Positions 8,833 to 16,698 of a stretch of 64,000 nt of DNA are shown in pieces; position 1 is the first letter of the stretch; the number at the start of each line of letters is the position of its first letter. A model generated the notes under the pieces. It saw only the letters and a program-made list of their open reading frames with translations, did not search any database and was not told the origin of the DNA. The stretch spans positions 101,086-165,085 of IMG/VR virus record IMGVR_UViG_3300031718_000001. One strand, written 5' to 3'. The DNA comes from a virus. The position numbers and the translations under genes are program-made.

Positions 8833-9180
8833 ATGGCAGTAGTGACGAGGCCGTACAAGGTAGATGACCTGGAAGTGCAGTCGGATCCGGCTGGTGAGGT
8901 CATCGCAGAGGCGACCATCCGGTTCGCCGTGAATGGCGCGGAATACGAGATCGACCTGAGCGACCAGAATGCCCGGACGTTCCTGGGGATTCTCAGGCCA
9001 TATCAGGAGGCGGGGCGGCGCATTAAAGGCGCTGGCAAGGCACGGCCGGCGGCAGACAGGGAACAGACCGCCCGCATCCGCGAGTGGGCGAAGAGCCAGC
9101 CGGATATCACGCTGAGTGACTTCGGCCGGCTGCCCGGCTGGGTCATCGTCAGGTACAACGAGGCCAATCCCGCAGCGTGA
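8833..9180 (+). CDS. lsr2: Lsr2-family nucleoid-associated protein
   Basis: DDL...F...G..YEIDLS..NA dimerisation domain and IREWAK...GRLP DNA-binding domain. Confidence 0.9.
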   Translation: MAVVTRPYKVDDLEVQSDPAGEVIAEATIRFAVNGAEYEIDLSDQNARTFLGILRPYQEAGRRIKGAGKARPAADREQTARIREWAKSQPDITLSDFGRLPGWVIVRYNEANPAA

Positions 9181-9213
9181 CCCGCGGGCTCCGCCCGGAA
9201 GATATGGAACCCC

Positions 9214-9549
9214 ATGTCGATCCGGGAGGAGCCCGTCTTGACCACCCCAGTGCCCGCAGCGGTCACCGTCACTACCGATAAGGCCAACTACAACCCTGGT
9301 GACCCGATCCAGGTCACCGTCGAGTACACAGACCCGGCCAACCCCGGCACCGTGCTGACCGTCACTGCGTCGGTTACCACGCCCAGCGGCGCGGTCACCG
9401 GCACTACCCAGGTCACGGTCGGCGCCACCCCGGCGACGCCGTTCCCGGTGACCGTGACCGACTCGCTCGGCGACACCTTCACCCAGCAGTCCAACGACCC
9501 GGGCACCGCTGTGTTCAGCGGAACGGTCGGCACGCCGCCCGCCTCGTGA
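9214..9549 (+). CDS. Thr/Val-rich Ig-like virion protein
   Basis: VTTDKANYNPGDPIQVTV beta-sandwich pattern; late motif upstream. The start may be TTG 9238. Confidence 0.5.
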   Translation: MSIREEPVLTTPVPAAVTVTTDKANYNPGDPIQVTVEYTDPANPGTVLTVTASVTTPSGAVTGTTQVTVGATPATPFPVTVTDSLGDTFTQQSNDPGTAVFSGTVGTPPAS

Positions 9550-9740
9550 TCCTTCAGATCGACGTGACTGTTACCGGGCCGGACGGGGTGATGACCGGCT
9601 CTACGGCGGTAACAGTCAATGATCCGCCGGCGGCCGTCATCCCGGCCGCCCAGGCCCAGGCCGCTTCCCCGGGCGACCTGGCCACCATGCGCATGCGCCA
9701 GCGCGCTCAGGCGCTGCGAGGGGGGAGGGACAGGGCATGA
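9546..9740 (+). CDS. Hypothetical protein
   Basis: GTGA overlap with the upstream gene. Confidence 0.45.
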   Translation: MILQIDVTVTGPDGVMTGSTAVTVNDPPAAVIPAAQAQAASPGDLATMRMRQRAQALRGGRDRA

Positions 9741-9880
9741 ACATCAACGTCAAGGCCGAGCAGCGGCCCGACGGTCATGTCCGGTGCAAGGTCGAGTGCG
9801 ACGGCCAGGTGGCCACGCTCATCTTCACCGGATCCGAGGTCATGGTCGAGGTGCCCGAGCCTGCCCAGGCGAGCACGTGA
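9737..9880 (+). CDS. Hypothetical protein (47 aa, MNINVKAEQR...)
   Basis: ATGA and GTGA overlaps on both sides, RBS GGAGG. Absent from the ORF track because of its size. Confidence 0.55.
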   Translation: MNINVKAEQRPDGHVRCKVECDGQVATLIFTGSEVMVEVPEPAQAST

Positions 9881-10437
9881 CCGCTCCTGCTGATGTAGCC
9901 GTAGCCGGCGAGTTCCCTGACGAGGCCTCGCCGGCCGGCGGAAGCACCGCCGGGCCGCAGGGCGAGCACGTCACCGAGATCCATGTCGATAAGCCCGAGA
10001 CCGGCCGGTGGCAGGAGGACTTCTCCGGCCTGCTGACTCTAGGCTCGCTGCACGCCTGGTTCGAGTGGTGCGGCCACCGGATATCGATCAAGACCCTGAC
10101 CACCGACGAGGAGCTGCTCGTCGGCCAGCTCATCCGCGAATTCGAGGGCGGCATGGCCGGAGCCAAGGCCTACGCCACCGCCACCGCGGGCCTGGCCGTC
10201 GAGTCGGTCGATCACCAGCCGATGCCGGCCCCGCTCGGGGAACATCCAAACCAGACCTACAAGTGGGCGCTGGAGCGCTTCAACTATGCGCGCAGGTGGT
10301 TCCCTCCGACCATCGACGCGATCCTGGACGCCTACTTCCAGCTTGAGATCCGCCAGCGCGAGGTGATGGCGGAACTGGGAAAAGCATCGGGCCTGGGGGA
10401 AGATGCGACCCCTGGGTTGAGCGCCAGCTCCGCCTAG
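9877..10437 (+). CDS. Tail assembly chaperone (short form)
   Basis: Lies between tube and tape measure; contains the slippery GGGAAAA at 10377-10383. Confidence 0.8.
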   Translation: MTAPADVAVAGEFPDEASPAGGSTAGPQGEHVTEIHVDKPETGRWQEDFSGLLTLGSLHAWFEWCGHRISIKTLTTDEELLVGQLIREFEGGMAGAKAYATATAGLAVESVDHQPMPAPLGEHPNQTYKWALERFNYARRWFPPTIDAILDAYFQLEIRQREVMAELGKASGLGEDATPGLSASSA

Positions 10438-10814
10438 CGGAGCGCCGCGGGCTGCTGTCCGGCCGCAGCCTCAGCCGGGTCCAGGAAGCGGCCCTGGACA
10501 TCCTGTACTTCCTCGACGGCCTGGCCGTGAGCCGGGACCGGCGCGACATGGTGCTGGCCTCCGCAGTCGCCTCGGGCGTGATCACTGCGGTTCAGGCGTG
10601 GCCGGAGTACTTCGATCTGCCCGAGGGAGATACAGGAGCCTTCCCGTCGAAGGACGCCGACATGTCCGGCTTCGAGCTGGAGCGGGCCACGCCGGAGTCC
10701 GTCCTGGCCGACATGGCTGCCCTGGTGCAGGCCAGCCAGCAGATCACCATCCGCGAGGAGGATCCGCCGCCCTTCCCGGTGTTCCCGGCCGAGCCCGACC
10801 CGGAGTGGCCGTAA
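10377..10814 (+). CDS. Tail assembly chaperone -1 frameshift extension
   Basis: The -1 frame from G GGA AAA is open (…DPWVERQLRLAERRGLL…) through to TAA 10814. Confidence 0.75.
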   Translation, partial: GKSIGPGGRCDPWVERQLRLAERRGLLSGRSLSRVQEAALDILYFLDGLAVSRDRRDMVLASAVASGVITAVQAWPEYFDLPEGDTGAFPSKDADMSGFELERATPESVLADMAALVQASQQITIREEDPPPFPVFPAEPDPEWP

Positions 10815-10877
10815 AAATTCCGTAAAGACGTGCTCACGTCCGTGGGGTAAACGGGACTTACTCACATAGGAGGAGAT

Positions 10878-11048
10878 GTGAGCACGAACTGCACGCACGA
10901 TAAGTGCGAACCCTATAACTCCTGCCAGGCCGCCACCGACTACGAGCGCCGCGGTGAGTTCTGGTGGCGCCGGGCACGGAACCGGCCGACGGATGACATG
11001 GGCACCGACCCGGTGGCCTGGCTGAACGGAGACACGCCCGGCAAGTAG
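10878..11048 (+). CDS. Small hypothetical moron protein (56 aa)
   Basis: RBS AGGAGG then GTG AGC ACG AAC TGC... to TAG 11048. Confidence 0.55.
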   Translation: MSTNCTHDKCEPYNSCQAATDYERRGEFWWRRARNRPTDDMGTDPVAWLNGDTPGK

Positions 11049-11074
11049 CCCCGGAAGGTCTGGGAGGAAATCTC

Positions 11075-13477
11075 ATGACCATTCCGTTCCCGGAGGGGCG
11101 TCCGGACACCTCCGTCGGCAGCGATTCGGGTGCCCAGCTCACCCAGGGCTTCCAGGTCCTCAGCCGCCAGATGCAGACACTGGAGCGCGTCATCTCGACG
11201 CAGACGGCGATGATGGAGCGCACCCTCAACGCCAACCAGCGCTTCCAGATGGCGGGCAACCCGCAGCTCCGCCAGGACGTGATGGCGTCGGTCGCGGCCA
11301 CGGGCGGCTCGCTGCACGGCGCCAGGCTCACCCAGGTGTCGCCGATGGGCGCCATGTCCAGCATGGAGAACCTCCAGGCCTACGGTGCCCAGAAGCTCGG
11401 CCAGTGGATCGCCGGCACGCCGCTGTACGAGATGCCCACCGGTTCCCAGCAGGCAGGCGGTACGGGCGGTACCCCAGCAGGCACGCCGACCTCGACCGGC
11501 ACCGGCTGGCCAGGCGGAGGAGCCGGCGGCGGCACTCCCGTCGGCACGCCTACTTCGGCCGGGCGCGCACCCGGGGCGGGGGCGGGCGGGTCGGGCGGCG
11601 CAGGAGGAGGCCCGGTAAGCCCGACGGCACCGATGGGCCAGGGCGGGGGACCGCCAGGCGGGGGCGGCCGTTCCGGCCTGCCCGGGATGATCTGGGGCTC
11701 GGGCTCGCGCGGCGGGTCCTCGACCGGGATGGCGGCGCTCCAGCAGGTCGGCGCCCGGGTGGCCATGTCCGGCGGCACCCTCAGCGGCCTCACCAGCGCG
11801 CTGCACTCGATCCCCGGCGTCGGCCTGATCATGGATGCGGTCAGCGGCGGAGCCAACGCCTACCTCAACCAGCGCGAGGCGGGCCGGGTCTACCAGGAGG
11901 TCGAGGGCGGCTCGAACCTCTCGGCCCAGACCGAGCGGCTGCACGCCGCCGCCTACCAGGCGAGCATGTACGGCCTGATGCCGTCGGGGGCCGCGGCCCA
12001 GTCCTTCGGCGCGGTCACGGCCATGGGCTACAACCAGGCCGCCGCCAACGAGGGCGGCCAGATGCAGAACCGGCAGTCAGCCCTCAACTTCGTCTACCAC
12101 AACTACACCGGTACCGGGATGGACGTGAACCAGTCCCTCCAGGTCCTCCAGTCGGCCAGCTCGGATGCCAACGTCAACCTGAGCCAGCTCAGCTCCACCC
12201 TCAACTCGCTGTCGGCCGCCGCAGGCCAGGCCGGGACCAACGCCGAGACGGCCCGGAACCAGTTCAACAGCTACTTCCAGGCCGCGCTCGGCCAGGGCAT
12301 GAGCAACGGCGCCACCACGGTGGCCGGCGGGATCAGCTCGATGCAGGCGTCGATGGGCAAGGAGTTCTCCGGCGTCAACTTCTCCGGCGAGCTGTCCCAG
12401 TCCCGCCAGTACCTGCTGTCCGGGATGAGCGGCATGAGCCCTGCTCAGCTCCAGTACACCGCGCGCACTAACCCGGGCGCCTACAACCAGCTCCTGGCCG
12501 GCCAGAATATGCAGTTCCTGACCCAGGGCGGCCTGATGACGCCGCAGCTCACGTCCTCGCTCAACAAGGACATCGCTGCCGCCGGAGGCGGCACTGCTCT
12601 CATGTCCAACCCGACGCTGCGCGACCAGGTTGCCACCCAGTTCCTCAACCAGAACCAGGTCAGCGGCAACATCAACGAGAACCTGTGGGCGCAGGAGATC
12701 TCGGCCCTGACCGGCGTCAACATGAACGCCACCCAGGCATTCCAGTGGATCGTCAGCCAGTCGTCCGGCAACAACGAGGCCTCGCACAATGCCGGGCTGG
12801 GTGTCGGGTCCACCCCCGGCGCGAGCGTCTCCGCCAGCAAGAAGACGCCCAGCGGCACCCCGGTCGGCCAGTACGGCCTGGCCCAGCCCAAGACCAGTGT
12901 CGTCAGCCGGATCTCCTCGCTGTTCGAGCACGGCAATCTCTCCGGCGAGTCGTGGCAGAACGTGCTGAAGGGCGCCAATGCACCGTCCGCGAACGCCTAC
13001 CTGTCCCAGGAGTCCAAGAGCGGCCAGCGCAGCCCGGTCCTGGAAGGCCTGATCCAGAACACCTCCAGCAGCGACCAGGTGATGGTCAACACCTCCAGCG
13101 GCCAGCGGGTGATGTCCATGGCCGACGCGATGAAGTACTACCCGAACGAGCTGGCGGGCGGGAACGTCGAGTTCTACGGGTCCAAGGGCCAAGCGCTCGG
13201 CAGCACGAGTTCCCTCACCCACGGCTTGGTCAATGCTGCGGCGAACGTCACGTCCGAGGAGAAGCAGAAGGCAGGAGCCAACCTCGGCGTCACCGCGTCA
13301 GCCTGGGAGAAGTCCCACCCGAACACGACGGCCGCGGCCGGAGGAGGCCAGGCGGTCACGATCAACCTGTCGAGCGAGGCCGCCCAGCTCCTCAAGCTGC
13401 TGCCGTCCAACAACGACGTGGCCGCGGCCACCTCGACCGTCCCCGCGAACCCGGTGGTGTCTCAGGCGAGCCGCTGA
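11075..13477 (+). CDS. Tape measure protein
   Basis: 800 aa, Ala/Gly/Gln/Ser-rich and helical, after the frameshifted chaperone. Confidence 0.75.
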   Translation: MTIPFPEGRPDTSVGSDSGAQLTQGFQVLSRQMQTLERVISTQTAMMERTLNANQRFQMAGNPQLRQDVMASVAATGGSLHGARLTQVSPMGAMSSMENLQAYGAQKLGQWIAGTPLYEMPTGSQQAGGTGGTPAGTPTSTGTGWPGGGAGGGTPVGTPTSAGRAPGAGAGGSGGAGGGPVSPTAPMGQGGGPPGGGGRSGLPGMIWGSGSRGGSSTGMAALQQVGARVAMSGGTLSGLTSALHSIPGVGLIMDAVSGGANAYLNQREAGRVYQEVEGGSNLSAQTERLHAAAYQASMYGLMPSGAAAQSFGAVTAMGYNQAAANEGGQMQNRQSALNFVYHNYTGTGMDVNQSLQVLQSASSDANVNLSQLSSTLNSLSAAAGQAGTNAETARNQFNSYFQAALGQGMSNGATTVAGGISSMQASMGKEFSGVNFSGELSQSRQYLLSGMSGMSPAQLQYTARTNPGAYNQLLAGQNMQFLTQGGLMTPQLTSSLNKDIAAAGGGTALMSNPTLRDQVATQFLNQNQVSGNINENLWAQEISALTGVNMNATQAFQWIVSQSSGNNEASHNAGLGVGSTPGASVSASKKTPSGTPVGQYGLAQPKTSVVSRISSLFEHGNLSGESWQNVLKGANAPSANAYLSQESKSGQRSPVLEGLIQNTSSSDQVMVNTSSGQRVMSMADAMKYYPNELAGGNVEFYGSKGQALGSTSSLTHGLVNAAANVTSEEKQKAGANLGVTASAWEKSHPNTTAAAGGGQAVTINLSSEAAQLLKLLPSNNDVAAATSTVPANPVVSQASR

Positions 13478-13974
13478 CCTGAGATCAGGTCCTCGGGCAG
13501 GCCGCTGGCCCGGCCCTCGACCACGATCTGGAACCGGATGCCGTGCGCGAGCATGCGCTTCATGCAGTCCTTCGTGCCGGTGCTCCTGGTGCCGACCTTC
13601 AGCGCGGCCAGGCCCCAGTCGGCCCCCTCCGCGCACATCTCCTCGTTGCGGTACGGCCCGGCCGCAGGGCAGACCGGTATGCCGCGGACCATCTTCCGGT
13701 GGCCGGGCTCGCACCCTGGCCGGCACGGGCCTTCCCAGTCTGCCGGGTGCGGGTCCTGCCGTACCGGCAGGCCGTCGCCTTCCATCTCCAGCGCCCACTC
13801 CTGGGCCATCCGGTCGGCGTTCGTGGACCAGTCGGGGTTCTCGTGCCCGCCGTGCACCACGATCAGCACCACGTCAGCCGGCAGCGAGTCGAAGATGGTG
13901 TTCAGCGCGGTGCGCAGCGACAGCGGATCGCCCCACTCGCGGCTGCCGGTGACGATCAGCCTGAATTCACGCAT
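13462..13974 (-). CDS. SLOG-family (DUF2493/YspA-like) protein
   Basis: LIVTGSR, VVHGG, ADRMA, AAGPYRN and GT..C motifs. Confidence 0.8.
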   Translation of the reverse strand: MREFRLIVTGSREWGDPLSLRTALNTIFDSLPADVVLIVVHGGHENPDWSTNADRMAQEWALEMEGDGLPVRQDPHPADWEGPCRPGCEPGHRKMVRGIPVCPAAGPYRNEEMCAEGADWGLAALKVGTRSTGTKDCMKRMLAHGIRFQIVVEGRASGLPEDLISGQRLA

Positions 13975-14263
13975 AAGGCGGCAGCCCGAGCAGCTCCATG
14001 ATCATCCGGTAGCCGTATGCCGTGACGGTGTAGCAGCGGCGGCCGTCCTCGGCGCGGCTGGGCTTGACCCACGCCTGGGATTCCATCTTCCACAAGGCCC
14101 GCTGTACGCCCGCGTAGCCCTGCGTGTGTCCTGCCCTGGCGAGCTGGCTGGATGACATCGGCGCTGGCCTGGTCGCGAGCACGAGCATGGCCTTGCGGTG
14201 ACTGGACGGCAGGAACCGGCGGCCGTACAGCCGCCGGACCCGCGCCGAGCGCTTTTCCTTCAC
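13967..14263 (-). CDS. Winged-helix (PadR/MarR-like) DNA-binding protein
   Basis: QLARAG...VQRALWKMESQAWV...RRCYTVTAYG pattern; GTGA overlap with the upstream gene. Confidence 0.6.
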   Translation of the reverse strand: MKEKRSARVRRLYGRRFLPSSHRKAMLVLATRPAPMSSSQLARAGHTQGYAGVQRALWKMESQAWVKPSRAEDGRRCYTVTAYGYRMIMELLGLPPYA

Positions 14264-14688
14264 TCCACTCCGTCCTCGGTGCGGGTGCGCAGGATCACTG
14301 GCCGTCCCAGGAACTCGGGGCTGTGCAGGAAGAACTGGTCGATGCTGTCGAACGAGTTCTCCCACCAGGCCTGCTTGCCGTTCACCTCGATGGCCACGCC
14401 GTCGTTCACATTGTCGTGCACGAGCGTCAGGACCGGCAGCCGGCGCTCAGGAGGCATCAGCCGGGGAACCCGGTGGCCAAGCTCCATCGGCGGGGATGAC
14501 TCGCTGCCACTCTCGTCGCGGTGCGGGAACCGCATCAGGCCCGGGTTCAGATCGCGGTCGTACTCGTCCGTGTTGCGGAACGCCGGCCCGGTGATGACGC
14601 AGACGCCGCCCATAGACCACACGTGGTCGCCCTCGGCGATATCTGACCACTTGACCAGCTCGAACTGCTCAGGAAGGTGTTCGCTCAT
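14260..14688 (-). CDS. Hypothetical protein
   Basis: Part of the overlapping minus-strand operon. Confidence 0.6.
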   Translation of the reverse strand: MSEHLPEQFELVKWSDIAEGDHVWSMGGVCVITGPAFRNTDEYDRDLNPGLMRFPHRDESGSESSPPMELGHRVPRLMPPERRLPVLTLVHDNVNDGVAIEVNGKQAWWENSFDSIDQFFLHSPEFLGRPVILRTRTEDGVE

Positions 14689-15101
14689 GGCTCTCTTTTC
14701 TCGCCCATCACGCTCTCGGTGAGGCGGGCGCTTTCCTTGCGGTTGTGGTCACGCCAGGCGATGTGCGCGGCTTCGAGGCCCAGGACCTCGGCGATCCCGA
14801 CGGCGAGACGCTGCCGCGGGGTCAGCGTGCGCTTCCACGCCCGGTAGCTCCGGCTCAGTACCCGGATGGCGATGAGCGCGAGCACGATCAGCGGAGCCCC
14901 GATCAGCACGGCCGAGGCCAGGCCCAGCCATAGGCCGGTACCCAGGTCGGCAGCATCGCCGTATGGCGAGTACTGGAACAGGTCGTACAGCGCGAACGGG
15001 GCTATGGCCCCGCCTGCGATCAGCGAGATGCTCCCGGCGAGCAGGCCGGCGCCAAGGCGCGAGGTCTTTACTTCACCGCTGCTGTGTCTTCCGCTCATCA
15101 T
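14685..15101 (-). CDS. Membrane protein (2 TM)
   Basis: Two hydrophobic helices; promoter box immediately upstream. Confidence 0.65.
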   Translation of the reverse strand: MMSGRHSSGEVKTSRLGAGLLAGSISLIAGGAIAPFALYDLFQYSPYGDAADLGTGLWLGLASAVLIGAPLIVLALIAIRVLSRSYRAWKRTLTPRQRLAVGIAEVLGLEAAHIAWRDHNRKESARLTESVMGEKREP

Positions 15102-15109
15102 GCCTCCAG

Positions 15110-15130
15110 TATACAGCTTTTCTTGCTAAT
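15110..15130. promoter_or_regulatory. Early-gene box ATACAGCTTTTCTTGCTAA (copy 1 of 8)
   Basis: Abuts a TATACT -10 on the minus strand. Other copies at ~31790, 35640, 35685, 42871, 46068, 48648, 49840. Confidence 0.7.
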
Positions 15131-15194
15131 AGCGACCGCACCGCCAGGCAGGCCGCGCCCCAGAAGGATAGAGACGGGCTGCGAGGAGGTGCTG

Positions 15195-15809
15195 GTGGGA
15201 ACGGCGACGCTGGGCTACCCGGGCGGCCCGAACATCGCCTTCAGGATCGACCCCGAGATGATCACCTGGAACTGGCAGGTGCTGACCAATGTCACCGAGA
15301 CGATCGGCGGCCGGGTCATCCAGGTACTGGGGGCACGCCTGGAGGACCTCACTGTCCAGGGCTCGATGGGCCAGAACCACGCCGATCCGGCCAGCGGGGA
15401 GAGCTGGCAGATGGTCGAGGCCTTCGTCGCCACGATTACCCAGATCATGGAGGCTCAGTCGGCTGATAGCAACCAGCAGGCCCAGATGCACCCTCCGGCG
15501 GTCTTCAACTACCCGCCCAAAGGCTGGCGGTTCAATGTCTACGTCAAGTCGCTCACCGACCCCGACGGCCAGAACTCGGCGATCCTGCGGACGGGCAAGA
15601 TCAACCAGCGCTACTCCCTCTCCCTGTTCATCGTCCAGGACGGATCCTCGGCCCTGGTCAAGGCCGGCACCACCAACGGGGTGTTCAGCCAGAAGGCCTA
15701 CGACGCCGTGTCCGCGTTCATGGCCCGTATCTCCGACGGCGTGGGCTGGCACTTTACCCAGTACAACGGCCAGGTCACAGGCGTGATCGGCAATCCGGGA
15801 GGAAGCTGA
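15195..15809 (+). CDS. Tail/baseplate protein (tube initiator-like)
   Basis: RBS AGGAGG then GTG; first structural gene after the tape measure region. Confidence 0.6.
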   Translation: MGTATLGYPGGPNIAFRIDPEMITWNWQVLTNVTETIGGRVIQVLGARLEDLTVQGSMGQNHADPASGESWQMVEAFVATITQIMEAQSADSNQQAQMHPPAVFNYPPKGWRFNVYVKSLTDPDGQNSAILRTGKINQRYSLSLFIVQDGSSALVKAGTTNGVFSQKAYDAVSAFMARISDGVGWHFTQYNGQVTGVIGNPGGS

Positions 15810-16051
15810 TGGCCGTTACCGACCGCCCCGCATGGGGAGCTGACGTGCCGATCTCGATGCCGGTGCCGGCCAGCGAGGCGCCCATGGTGGAGATGCACGG
15901 CTTCGCCATGACCCAGTTCCGCCTGGTGCACGACCTGACCTCGGCCGAGTACGAGGCCCTGTCCGTGCCGGTCTACGCCCCGGCGCAGCCCAACGGCAAC
16001 GTGGTGGCAGGCGACGCTGCGATCGATTCCAGGTCAGCGGCCAGTGGCTAG
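15809..16051 (+). CDS. Small hypothetical baseplate-region protein
   Basis: TGATG coupling with the upstream gene. Confidence 0.55.
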   Translation: MAVTDRPAWGADVPISMPVPASEAPMVEMHGFAMTQFRLVHDLTSAEYEALSVPVYAPAQPNGNVVAGDAAIDSRSAASG

Positions 16052-16694
16052 GCAGGGACTGAACTGCACGCTGTCCTACGTCAACGGCGGCACGACCTAC
16101 ACCTACCGGGTGCGCGCGGGGGACCTGTCCTACGGCGTGCAGATGGTCTCGGCCGAGGACGAGGGCCGGGTCACGCGCGCCTATTACCCGCACAAGAGCG
16201 CCAATCAGCAGTTCAGCGTCCAGGTCCTGCTCAAGGACTGGGACGAGCGCTCCGACTTCATGAACTGGCTGACCAGCTACGCCCAGTGGGCGCTCGACCC
16301 GAATGCCGCGCGCACCGTGTTCCCGTTCATGACCGTCTCGGTGCCTGTCCGGAACTACCAGCAGACCGGTCTCCCCCTGACCGGGTACGAGTGGGGCGCG
16401 CACACCGCGATGATGTCGTTCTCTCCCACCATCGTGTTCGAGACCGGACTGTCGCCGGGCCAGAACGGGACCGGGATAACGGTCAGCTCGGTGATCAACC
16501 AGTGGAGCGCGTTCTCCGCGGACCCGGCCATCCAGTACTTCTACCCGTTCGGCACCCAGCTCTCGGCCAGCCAGGTACCGGAGGACTACAGCCAGGTCAT
16601 CCCGGCCGCCTCGACGCCGCCTGCCGCTACGAGCACCCCGCCCTACGCCCCGGGCTACAAGCCGCCGCCCAACTACTTCGACGTGACGGGGTGA
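16044..16694 (+). CDS. Baseplate/tail protein
   Basis: Coupled ORF in the baseplate operon. Confidence 0.6.
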   Translation: MARQGLNCTLSYVNGGTTYTYRVRAGDLSYGVQMVSAEDEGRVTRAYYPHKSANQQFSVQVLLKDWDERSDFMNWLTSYAQWALDPNAARTVFPFMTVSVPVRNYQQTGLPLTGYEWGAHTAMMSFSPTIVFETGLSPGQNGTGITVSSVINQWSAFSADPAIQYFYPFGTQLSASQVPEDYSQVIPAASTPPAATSTPPYAPGYKPPPNYFDVTG

Positions 16695-16698
16695 GCTG

